DNA of 13,955 bases, taken from Escherichia coli. Its GTDB lineage: Bacteria; Pseudomonadota; Gammaproteobacteria; Enterobacterales; Enterobacteriaceae. The stretch's first letter is position 1. Every line of letters begins with the position of its first letter. The notes below the pieces were generated by a model that did not search any database, was not told the origin of the DNA, and saw nothing but the letters and a program-made list of their open reading frames with translations. The DNA lies in assembly GCF_003334765.1 (NCBI RefSeq), contig NZ_QOWT01000055.1. The stretch is one strand, 5' to 3'. The translations under genes and the position numbers were made by a program. This document shows positions 1 through 7,340 of this stretch, piece by piece.

Positions 1-453
1 CACCGGGGACATCAGCAGGTGCTGTTTGTGGTGACGCAGGCCGACAAAACGGAGCCCTGCCATGAATGGGATATGGCAGGTATTCAGCCTTCTCCCGCAC
101 AGGAACAGAACATTCGTGAGAAAACAGATGCGGTATTCCGGCTGTTCCGGCCCGTACATCCGGTTGTGGCCGTATCGGCCCGCACCGGCTGGGAACTGGA
201 TACGCTGGTCAGTGCGCTCATGACAGCACTTCCCGACCATGCCGCCAGTCCCCTGATGACCCGCCTGCAGGACGAGCTGCGCACGGAGTCTGTCCGGTCT
301 CAGGCCCGTGAACAGTTTACCGGTGCGGTGGACCGGATATTTGACACGGCGGAGAGCGTCTGCATTGCCTCTGTTGCACGCACGGTTCTGCGCGCCGTCC
401 GTGACTCGGTGGTCTCTGTTGCCCGCGCGGTATGGAACTGGATTTTCTTCTGA
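1..453 (+). CDS. GTPase of the YeeP/YfjP/YkfA family (3' portion; 5' end upstream of window)
   Basis: Frame is open from base 1 (HRGHQQVLFVVTQADK...) to TGA at 451-453. Tail resembles from memory the C-terminal region of CP4-prophage GTP-binding proteins, and it sits directly upstream of a DUF932-type gene as yfjP does before yfjQ. Confidence 0.6.
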   Translation, partial: HRGHQQVLFVVTQADKTEPCHEWDMAGIQPSPAQEQNIREKTDAVFRLFRPVHPVVAVSARTGWELDTLVSALMTALPDHAASPLMTRLQDELRTESVRSQAREQFTGAVDRIFDTAESVCIASVARTVLRAVRDSVVSVARAVWNWIFF

Positions 454-540
454 ACCCGGTGGTGATGTACCAGGCTGTTGTTACAGATTTTTAACTCCAT
501 GAAAACACTATGCAAACGCAGCCATACCCGGGTTGTCCCC

Positions 541-569
541 TTGCGTTGTGTTTCTCAAGTTAATAGAAT
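541..569 (+). promoter_or_regulatory. Putative sigma70 promoter (-35 TTGCGT 541-546, 17-bp spacer, -10 TAGAAT 564-569)
   Basis: Hexamers and spacing read directly from the sequence; predicted transcript start around 576-578, about 95 nt upstream of the ATG at 671. Confidence 0.4.
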
Positions 570-572
570 ACA

Positions 573-613
573 TCGATCGTTACTATCATATCGATCGTTA
601 TAAACGATCGTTT
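573..613 (+). promoter_or_regulatory. Three GATC (Dam) sites inside a thrice-repeated CGATCGTT motif, at and just downstream of the predicted transcript start
   Basis: GATC at 575-578, 593-596 and 606-609, each within CGATCG; motif copies TCGATCGTTA (573-582), TCGATCGTTA (591-600), ACGATCGTTT (604-613). Confidence 0.55.
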
Positions 614-670
614 GTAGTAAATGACCTCCTCCGTGGTTGTCATGAAAATGCGTCTTAGGAAGGTTAAATA

Positions 671-3067
671 ATGCACGAAAAGAACATCGCCCTGCTTTGT
701 GATGAAGCCGACCGACTTTTGCAACTGAACATTAATCTGCTCCGGCAAATGGTTGAGGAGCCAGATGTGTTATCTGACAGTAAGAACGAAAACAGACTGC
801 TTTTTGATAAACAGAAAGCACTGAAAAGAATTGAGGAGCTGGAGGGCGAACAAATCAAAACCGCCCGCAGGGAGATGGTGCTGGCTGTTGTCGGCACGAT
901 GAAAGCAGGCAAATCAACCACCATCAATGCCATTGTGGGGCAGGAAATTCTGCCTAACCGTAACCGCCCCATGACCTCTGTACCGACGCTCATCCGCCAC
1001 GTTCCCGGAAAAACTGAGCCGGTTCTCCATCTGGAACATATTCAGCCTGTCCGCAATTTATTAATCACACTGCAGGAAAAACTCGCCACCCCGGCAGGAC
1101 AGCAGGTCGCACAGACCCTGCAGCAAACCGGGGATACCCGCGAACTGCTGGATATTCTGACGGATGATGGCTGGCTCAAAAATGAATACCACGGGGAGGA
1201 GGAAATCTTTACCGGACTGGCATCGTTAAACGATCTGGTTCGTCTTGCTGCGGCAATGGGGACTGAATTTCCTTTTGATGAATACGCAGAAGTGCAGAAA
1301 CTGCCGGTGATCGACGTGGAATTCAGCCATCTGGTGGGGATGGATGCATGCCAGGGAACACTCACACTGCTGGATACCCCCGGCCCTAATGAGGCCGGAC
1401 AACCGCAGATGGAAGTGATGATGCGGGATCAACTGCAGAAAGCCTCTGCGGTTCTGGCTGTGATGGATTACACCCAGATGAACTCAAAAGCGGATGAAGA
1501 CGTCCGTAAAGAGCTTAATGCCATTGCTGACGTATCAGCCGGCCGCCTGTTTGTACTGGTCAATAAATTTGATGAGAAAGACCGCAATGGCGATGGGGCA
1601 GATGCCGTACGCCAGAAAGTTCCGGCAATGCTGAACAGCGATGTGCTGCCCGCCTCCCGCGTTTATCCCGGATCCTCACGCCAGGCATACCTGGCTAACC
1701 GTGCGCTTCATGAGTTACGGAAAAACGGAACCCTTCCTGTTGATGAAGCCTGGGTCGATGATTTTATCAGAGGTGCCTTCGGTTGCATGAAAAAAGAATA
1801 CGTCTGTAAAGACAGTGAACTGGCAACTGAAGGGGCGACAGACCTGTGGGAAGGCTCACTTATCGATCAACTGATAACGGAAGTCATACAGAGCTCACAT
1901 TCCAGAGCTGCGGCACTGGCGGTTGACTCTGCCGCCGCAAAACTGATGCAGAATGCAGAAAATATCAGTGAATACCTGTTGTTACGCCATCAGGGGCTAC
2001 AGCAAAGCATTCAGTCACTGCAGTCGCATATCACCAGCCTGCTTGCGGATATCCGGGAAATCGCGGACTGTCAGGAGCAGATGACCACTGATGTCAGAAT
2101 GGCCATGGAGGAGATCGATACTAAAACCCGGGAATTACTGACGGGGGTCTGCACCTCACTGGAAGAGGAGCTGAATGACTATTTCAGAAGCGGTAAACGC
2201 AAAGAACAGCAAATGCTGGAGGAAGAAGACGCAGAACAACGAAGGTCTCAGTCCGGATTATGGGGGAAAATTTCTCAATGGTCCGGTATCAACAACCAGG
2301 GCCGGGAGGATTACAGGAAACGAGATTTTGCCCCGGACAGCCCCGAAATAAAATTCAGTGATCGCAGGGAAGCCCTTGAACTGATGACGCAAATCGAATC
2401 GACCGTGACCAGCCTGCACCGTGAGGCTGAAGCACAGTTCCGGCCTGAGCTGGAGAAAATCGTCAGCGGGATTGAAACAGGTTTTCGTGGCACGGCCCTG
2501 TACGCCACAGAAAACATTGCCGGTCGCATCAATGCCCGCCTGGAGGATGAGGGCTTTACCGTAAAAATCAGTTTTCCGGCAGTCAGCCAGTTACAGACCC
2601 GGCTCGCGGTAAAAATAAATCTGAGTGCGCTTATGGAGGAAAGAACGGAGACCGTCACCCGTCGCCGTCGGCAGAGTGGCGTATGGGGAACCGTTTGTCG
2701 ATGGTTTGGCACCAGTGACCTGGGCTGGGAAAACTATGACGAGGATGTGAGTCGCAGCGTGATCAATATCAACAAGGTCAGAGAGGAAGTTATGTCACTG
2801 ACCCGGGCATATTTCGGGGAGCTGCAGGCATCCATTGAGCAGGATATTAACCAGCCCGTCCGCCAGGAAATCGATGCCTTTTTCTGCGCATTCAGGGAGA
2901 AAGTTGAACAACTGCGTAACACGCTGATTCAGAGCTCTGAGGATCATAAACGCGATCAGCAGGCGCAGGAACGACTTACCGGGCGACTTCAGGCATTAAA
3001 TGAAAGGGTTCCTGAGCTCATTACTGACAGTAAGGCGCTGAGGGAAGAGCTGGAGACAATGCTGTGA
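671..3067 (+). CDS. Dynamin-like large GTPase, CrfC/YjdA-like paralog (798 aa)
   Basis: RBS AGGAAGG about 8 nt before ATG 671. P-loop GTMKAGKST encoded at 893-919, DTPG at 1373-1384, NKFD at 1562-1573, followed by a ~500-aa largely helical region. Collinear from memory with CrfC (…GTMKAGKSTTINAIVG…LPNRNRPMT…LTLLDTPGPNEAGQP…VLVNKFD…). Confidence 0.85.
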   Translation: MHEKNIALLCDEADRLLQLNINLLRQMVEEPDVLSDSKNENRLLFDKQKALKRIEELEGEQIKTARREMVLAVVGTMKAGKSTTINAIVGQEILPNRNRPMTSVPTLIRHVPGKTEPVLHLEHIQPVRNLLITLQEKLATPAGQQVAQTLQQTGDTRELLDILTDDGWLKNEYHGEEEIFTGLASLNDLVRLAAAMGTEFPFDEYAEVQKLPVIDVEFSHLVGMDACQGTLTLLDTPGPNEAGQPQMEVMMRDQLQKASAVLAVMDYTQMNSKADEDVRKELNAIADVSAGRLFVLVNKFDEKDRNGDGADAVRQKVPAMLNSDVLPASRVYPGSSRQAYLANRALHELRKNGTLPVDEAWVDDFIRGAFGCMKKEYVCKDSELATEGATDLWEGSLIDQLITEVIQSSHSRAAALAVDSAAAKLMQNAENISEYLLLRHQGLQQSIQSLQSHITSLLADIREIADCQEQMTTDVRMAMEEIDTKTRELLTGVCTSLEEELNDYFRSGKRKEQQMLEEEDAEQRRSQSGLWGKISQWSGINNQGREDYRKRDFAPDSPEIKFSDRREALELMTQIESTVTSLHREAEAQFRPELEKIVSGIETGFRGTALYATENIAGRINARLEDEGFTVKISFPAVSQLQTRLAVKINLSALMEERTETVTRRRRQSGVWGTVCRWFGTSDLGWENYDEDVSRSVININKVREEVMSLTRAYFGELQASIEQDINQPVRQEIDAFFCAFREKVEQLRNTLIQSSEDHKRDQQAQERLTGRLQALNERVPELITDSKALREELETML

Positions 3068-4467
3068 CTTCACCATTTATTCAACAAATTGCTGATAACC
3101 GGGTATGTCAGGTACTCACCTGTCTTCCTGAAAAATTTGTGGTTGATTTCGCAAACGGAATCGATGTTGCACAGGAGCATATCCGCACGGCCGGAGAGCG
3201 CACGTTCTTCCGGCGTTTAAAAGAGGGGCTGACCGGCGAAGGCGCTGCACGGCAGAATGCCATCAATGCGTCGCTTGCACAGGGCGTTGAGGCGTCCCTG
3301 CGCTGGCTGACGGAGATGACAACGTCACTTGCCACCACAAACTACGCGATTACCCAGGTAAACGACAGGGTCAGTTCACTGGTCAGTGATACAGCCAGGC
3401 TGGCGCATTATTCCGCAGATACGCGGGAGCAGTTACTCACCCTGGCCGATCAGGTTCACCATAAACTGAATCATCTTGAAGAAAAACTCCACCGTGTTGA
3501 CCAGGTTCAGCGGGCGCAGTTACATCTTGAGCAGATATTCTCATGGTGGAGCGCCGGGCGATATGCGTCATTTTCCCCTGCCGGACGTTGTTATGTGGCA
3601 CTTGAAGAGCTTCGCTGGGGCGCGTTTGGTGATGTGATACGTCAGGGCGAAACAGGCCAGGTTAACCAGCTACTGGATATTCTCAGACATAAAGCATTAA
3701 CGCAGATGGCACAGGAGAGTGGCGGTAGTGCAACCGTGCGTCTGAACACTCTGGACTGGCTTGGTGGTCAGGGCCGGGAGCAGGCAGATAACGAGTGGCA
3801 TGACGCGATTAACTGGCTGGGAGACTGGTGCAGTGAAGAGCAGCATCCGGTGACCCGTGTGCGCGACCCGGGCCGCCGGGGATACACAAAACACATGCTG
3901 CGTCTGCGGCGGGCCGGAGAGATAAACGGAGAACATGTCCCTGAAATTATTCTGCTCAACTCTCATGACGGTACCTCCAGCTACCAGATGCTGCCGGGTT
4001 ACTTCAGGTTCGTCTGCCAGAACGGGTGCGTCTGTGGCCAGTCTCTGGGGGAAGTGCGTGTTCCACACCGGGGAAATGTAGTGGAGAAAGTTATCGAAGG
4101 GGCTTACGAGGTGGTGGGCGTGTTTGACCGGATAGAGGAGAAGCGTGATGCCATGCAGTCGCTGGTCCTGCCGCCACCGGCACGCCAGGCGCTGGCACAG
4201 GCGGCACTGACTTACCGTTATGGTGACGAACATCAGCCCGTCACCACCGCCGACATTCTGACGCCGCGACGCCGGGAGGATTACGGTAAGGACCTGTGGA
4301 GCGCATATCAGACCATCCAGGAGAATATGCTGAAAGGCGGGATTTCCGGTCGCAGTGCAAAAGGAAAACGTATCCATACCCGGGCCATTCACAGCATTGA
4401 TACCGACATTAAGCTCAATCGCGCATTGTGGGTGATGGCAGAAACGATGCTGGAGAGCCTGCGCTGA
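3064..4467 (+). CDS. Partner protein, apparently chimeric: N-terminal ~260 aa of unplaced helical domain fused to a DUF932/UPF0380 (YfjQ/YafZ-like) C-terminal ~200 aa
   Basis: GTG start at 3064 overlaps the upstream TGA (GTGA, 3064-3067). C-terminal segment (…TRVRDPGRRGYTKHMLRLRRAGEI…EIILLNSHDGTSSYQMLPGYFRFVCQNG…KLNRALWVMAETMLESLR) matches my memory of YfjQ-family proteins minus their first ~70 residues. Confidence 0.7.
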   Translation: MTSPFIQQIADNRVCQVLTCLPEKFVVDFANGIDVAQEHIRTAGERTFFRRLKEGLTGEGAARQNAINASLAQGVEASLRWLTEMTTSLATTNYAITQVNDRVSSLVSDTARLAHYSADTREQLLTLADQVHHKLNHLEEKLHRVDQVQRAQLHLEQIFSWWSAGRYASFSPAGRCYVALEELRWGAFGDVIRQGETGQVNQLLDILRHKALTQMAQESGGSATVRLNTLDWLGGQGREQADNEWHDAINWLGDWCSEEQHPVTRVRDPGRRGYTKHMLRLRRAGEINGEHVPEIILLNSHDGTSSYQMLPGYFRFVCQNGCVCGQSLGEVRVPHRGNVVEKVIEGAYEVVGVFDRIEEKRDAMQSLVLPPPARQALAQAALTYRYGDEHQPVTTADILTPRRREDYGKDLWSAYQTIQENMLKGGISGRSAKGKRIHTRAIHSIDTDIKLNRALWVMAETMLESLR

Positions 4468-4548
4468 TGCCGTTTCCCTGAGTGAGGGAATCATTCAGCT
4501 TTCGTTCCTGAAAAACACACATTTATTTGTTATTTAAGGAGTTATCTC

Positions 4549-5028
4549 ATGAAAACCGTTTCTCAGAATACCCCCACAATTTATTCAGCTACAACACCAG
4601 AGAATAATCCGCCTCAGTTGGTTGCCAGCCTCGTCCCTGATGAACAGCGCATCAGCTTCTGGCCGCAGCATTTTGGCCTCATTCCACAGTGGGTGACCCT
4701 GGAGCCCCGTGTCTTCGGCTGGATGGACCGTCTGTGCGAAGACTACTGCGGTGGTATCTGGAATCTGTACACCCTGAACAACGGCGGGGCATTTATGGCA
4801 CCCGAACCGGATGACGATGATGGCGAAAACTGGGTACTGTTCAATGCCATGAACGGTAACCGCGCTGAAATGAGCCCGGAAGCCGCCGGCATTGCCGCCT
4901 GTCTGATGACGTACAGTCATCATGCCTGTCGTACGGAGTGTTATGCCATGACGGTCCATTATTACCGGCTGCGGGATTACGCCCTGCAGCATCCGGAATG
5001 CAGCGCCATTATGCGCATCATCGACTGA
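4549..5028 (+). CDS. Antirestriction protein, ArdB/KlcA family (YfjX/YafX-like), 159 aa
   Basis: RBS AAGGAG 7 nt before ATG. Acidic DDDDGE stretch and cysteine/histidine-rich C-terminus as I recall for this family; position before the RadC-like gene is as in CP4 islands. Confidence 0.75.
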   Translation: MKTVSQNTPTIYSATTPENNPPQLVASLVPDEQRISFWPQHFGLIPQWVTLEPRVFGWMDRLCEDYCGGIWNLYTLNNGGAFMAPEPDDDDGENWVLFNAMNGNRAEMSPEAAGIAACLMTYSHHACRTECYAMTVHYYRLRDYALQHPECSAIMRIID

Positions 5029-5043
5029 ATGGAGGCAGGGACA

Positions 5044-5520
5044 ATGCAACAACTTTCCTTTCTGCCCGGAGAGATGACGCCCGGCGAGCGCAGCCTCATT
5101 CAACGGGCCCTGAAAACCCTGGACCGCCATCTTCATGAACCCGGCGTGGCCTTCACCTCCACCCGTGCAGCACGGGAATGGCTGATTCTGAACATGGCGG
5201 GACTGGAGCGTGAAGAATTCCGGGTGCTGTATCTGAATAACCAGAATCAACTGATTGCCGGTGAAACCCTCTTTACCGGCACCATCAACCGCACGGAAGT
5301 CCATCCCCGGGAAGTGATTAAACGCGCCCTGTACCACAATGCCGCTGCCGTGGTACTGGCACACAATCACCCGTCCGGTGAAGTCACACCCAGTAAGGCA
5401 GACCGGCTTATCACCGAACGTCTGGTACAGGCACTGGGCCTGGTGGATATCCGGGTGCCGGACCATCTGATAGTCGGTGGCAACCAGGTTTTCTCCTTTG
5501 CCGAACATGGTCTGCTTTAA
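5044..5520 (+). CDS. yeeS: RadC-like JAB/MPN-domain protein (UPF0758; YeeS/YkfG/YfjY family)
   Basis: JAMM-type motif HNHPSG present. ATG at 5044 is preferred over the in-frame ATG at 5029 because GGAGG precedes it and it gives a 158-aa product typical of the family. Confidence 0.8.
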   Translation: MQQLSFLPGEMTPGERSLIQRALKTLDRHLHEPGVAFTSTRAAREWLILNMAGLEREEFRVLYLNNQNQLIAGETLFTGTINRTEVHPREVIKRALYHNAAAVVLAHNHPSGEVTPSKADRLITERLVQALGLVDIRVPDHLIVGGNQVFSFAEHGLL

Positions 5521-5582
5521 CCCGTCACAACCACATCACACCTGTTTTCACTTTTATCTTCTGTCTTCAGAGGTATCCCATT

Positions 5583-5804
5583 ATGAAAATTATCACCCGT
5601 GGTGAAGCCATGCGTATTCACCAACAACATCCGACATCCCGTCTTTTTCCGTTCTGTACCGGTAAATACCGCTGGCACGGCAGTGCTGAAGCGTATACCG
5701 GTCGTGAAGTGCAGGATATTCCCGGTGTGCTGGCCGTGTTTGCTGAACGCCGTAAGGACAGTTTTGGTCCGTATGTCCGGCTGATGAGCGTCACCCTGAA
5801 CTGA
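5583..5804 (+). CDS. yeeT: YeeT/YkfF-family small protein (DUF905), 73 aa
   Basis: Size, sequence (MKIITRGEAMRIHQQHPTSRLFPFCTGKYRWHG…) and position between the RadC-like and antitoxin genes. Confidence 0.75.
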   Translation: MKIITRGEAMRIHQQHPTSRLFPFCTGKYRWHGSAEAYTGREVQDIPGVLAVFAERRKDSFGPYVRLMSVTLN

Positions 5805-5877
5805 GTGGGAATTCTGATGAGCAGAATTATCGCCACTACCGGACCATTCTTAGCCGATTTTCTGTAAGGATTTTATC

Positions 5878-6246
5878 GTGTCAGACACACTCCCCGGGAC
5901 AACACTTCCCGACGACAATCACGACCGCCCCTGGTGGGGGCTGCCCTGCACCGTGACGCCCTGTTTCGGGGCACGTCTGGTGCAGGAGGGTAACCGGTTG
6001 CATTACCTTGCCGACCGCGCCGGTATCAGAGGCCTGTTCAGCGATGCAGATGCGTACCACCTGGACCAGGCCTTTCCGCTGCTGATGAAACAACTGGAAC
6101 TCGTGCTCACCAGCGGTGAACTGAATCCCCGCCATCAGCATACCGTCACGCTGTATGCAAAAGGGCTGACCTGCAAAGCCGATACCCTCAGCAGTTGTGG
6201 TTACGTTTATCTGGCTGTTTATCCGACGCCCGAAATGAAAAATTAA
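5878..6246 (+). CDS. cbeA: Type IV antitoxin CbeA (YeeU), 122 aa, GTG start
   Basis: Translation (MSDTLPGTTLPDDNHDRPWWGLPCTVTPCFGARLVQEGNRLHYLADRAGIRGLF…) is near-identical to YeeU as I recall it; AAGGA 7 nt before GTG 5878. Confidence 0.85.
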   Translation: MSDTLPGTTLPDDNHDRPWWGLPCTVTPCFGARLVQEGNRLHYLADRAGIRGLFSDADAYHLDQAFPLLMKQLELVLTSGELNPRHQHTVTLYAKGLTCKADTLSSCGYVYLAVYPTPEMKN

Positions 6247-6334
6247 CTCTCCAGAATAGCCTTCTGCTACGGCCTGGTGTTTTCACCACGCCACTTTTCC
6301 ATTTTTATATCTGCATATCAGGAAAATCTTCAGT

Positions 6335-6709
6335 ATGAAAACATTACCTGTATTACCCGGGCAGGCGACCAGTTCTCGCCCGTCTCCTGTTGAAATCTGG
6401 CAGATACTGCTGTCCCGACTGCTGGACCAGCACTATGGCCTCACACTGAATGACACACCTTTTGCCGATGAACGTGTGATTGAGCAGCATATTGAGGCAG
6501 GCATTTCACTGTGTGATGCGGTGAACTTTCTCGTGGAAAAATACGCGCTGGTGCGTACCGACCAGCCGGGATTCAGCGCCTGTACCCGCTCTCAGTTAAT
6601 AAACAGCATCGATATCCTCCGGGCTCGCAGGGCGACCGGCCTGATGACCCGCGACAATTACAGAACGGTAAATAACATTACCCTGGGTAAGTATCCGGAG
6701 GCGAAATGA
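6335..6709 (+). CDS. cbtA: Type IV toxin CbtA (YeeV), 124 aa
   Basis: Translation (MKTLPVLPGQATSSRPSPVEIWQILLSRLLDQHYGLTLNDTPFADERV…) matches the CbtA/YkfI/YpjF family; it lies directly downstream of the antitoxin. Confidence 0.85.
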   Translation: MKTLPVLPGQATSSRPSPVEIWQILLSRLLDQHYGLTLNDTPFADERVIEQHIEAGISLCDAVNFLVEKYALVRTDQPGFSACTRSQLINSIDILRARRATGLMTRDNYRTVNNITLGKYPEAK

Positions 6710-6900
6710 TGACACTGGAAGCCGACAGCGTTAACGTACAGGCGCTGGATATGGGGCACATTGTCGTTGACATTGATGGTGTTAATATCACTGAACTGAT
6801 TAATAAGGCCGCTGAAAAAGGTTATTCACTCCGCGTGGTGGATGACCGTGACTCTACCGAAACACCGGCAACTTATGCCAGCCCTCACCAGTTGCTGTAA
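6706..6900 (+). CDS. yeeW: YeeW-like small protein, 64 aa
   Basis: ATGA start/stop overlap with cbtA at 6706-6709; conserved position after the toxin in CP4-44-type islands. Confidence 0.65.
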   Translation: MMTLEADSVNVQALDMGHIVVDIDGVNITELINKAAEKGYSLRVVDDRDSTETPATYASPHQLL

Positions 6901-6912
6901 GACAATGCAGTG

Positions 6913-7026
6913 ATGCAGGGTATAGTGCCATTAACCACAGAAACAGCACTGTTGTCCTGTATTAAGCAGGCAAGAGAAGATGTCCTTACCCTGCGCCATC
7001 TGCAGCTTCTGCACCAGAACCGGTGA
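6913..7026 (+). CDS. Possible small ORF (37 aa; MQGIVPLTTETALLSCIKQAREDVLTLRHLQLLHQNR)
   Basis: Open frame between yeeW and the terminator at 7056. No convincing Shine-Dalgarno. Low confidence. Confidence 0.2.
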   Translation: MQGIVPLTTETALLSCIKQAREDVLTLRHLQLLHQNR

Positions 7027-7055
7027 ATCTCACTCAACAGGCTTCATTTCCCCTG

Positions 7056-7090
7056 ACGCCAGCCTGAATACAGCTGGCGTTTTCATTTAT
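7056..7090 (+). terminator. Rho-independent terminator ending the island operon
   Basis: Perfect 8-bp stem ACGCCAGC (7056-7063) / GCTGGCGT (7073-7080) with a 9-nt loop, followed by TTTCATTTAT. Confidence 0.6.
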
Positions 7091-7184
7091 AAACAGAAAG
7101 GAAAACCGATAATAATGGAATGGACGCCCCGACCATGAAGCAACGGTAGGATATTACTGATAAACCTTCCAGTGGAGGTGCGTT

Positions 7185-7265
7185 ATGGCCGTTTTAACGA
7201 TTAGCATTGACCTGACAAAAAATGAATTCCAAATCCACGGTCTGGGTAGGAACAGAAAAATCTAA
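7185..7265 (+). pseudogene. Remnant resembling the N-terminus of an IS110-family transposase (26 codons then stop)
   Basis: MAVLTISIDLTKNEFQIHGLGRNRKI* resembles the IDL(A/T)K..F.(V/I)HG N-terminal signature of IS110-family transposases; preceded by GGAGG. Confidence 0.35.
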
Positions 7266-7340
7266 GCTCAGAAAACGGATTAAAGTAAGCGTCAACGGAG
7301 CACCGTATTGACGCTTATTTATTGGTGAGAACTACGTTCC

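Noticed and set aside
454-670. flu (Ag43) autotransporter or isrC small RNA expected here by K-12 synteny
   Set aside because: No autotransporter ORF is present; the regulatory-looking region is followed directly by the dynamin gene. An isrC-like RNA cannot be judged without a covariance model.
664-2712. Several - strand ORFs (664-993, 1042-1365, 1226-1432, 2311-2712) inside the dynamin gene
   Set aside because: All are embedded antisense in a well-supported 798-aa CDS with intact GTPase motifs; the products are Ser/Cys/Arg-rich shadow frames.
3697-4494. 265-aa ORF on the - strand
   Set aside because: Antisense to the DUF932-like part of the 467-aa gene; no RBS or family resemblance.
5029-5043. 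Upstream ATG (MEAGT…) as start of the RadC-like gene
   Set aside because: The ATG at 5044 is preceded by GGAGG and gives the family-typical length; the 5029 start would abut the previous stop codon with no RBS.
4585-5508. 307-aa ORF on the - strand
   Set aside because: Lies antisense across the antirestriction and RadC-like genes, which have RBSs and recognisable family motifs (HNHPSG); product is low-complexity Gly/His/Gln-rich. Treated as a shadow ORF of GC-rich coding DNA.
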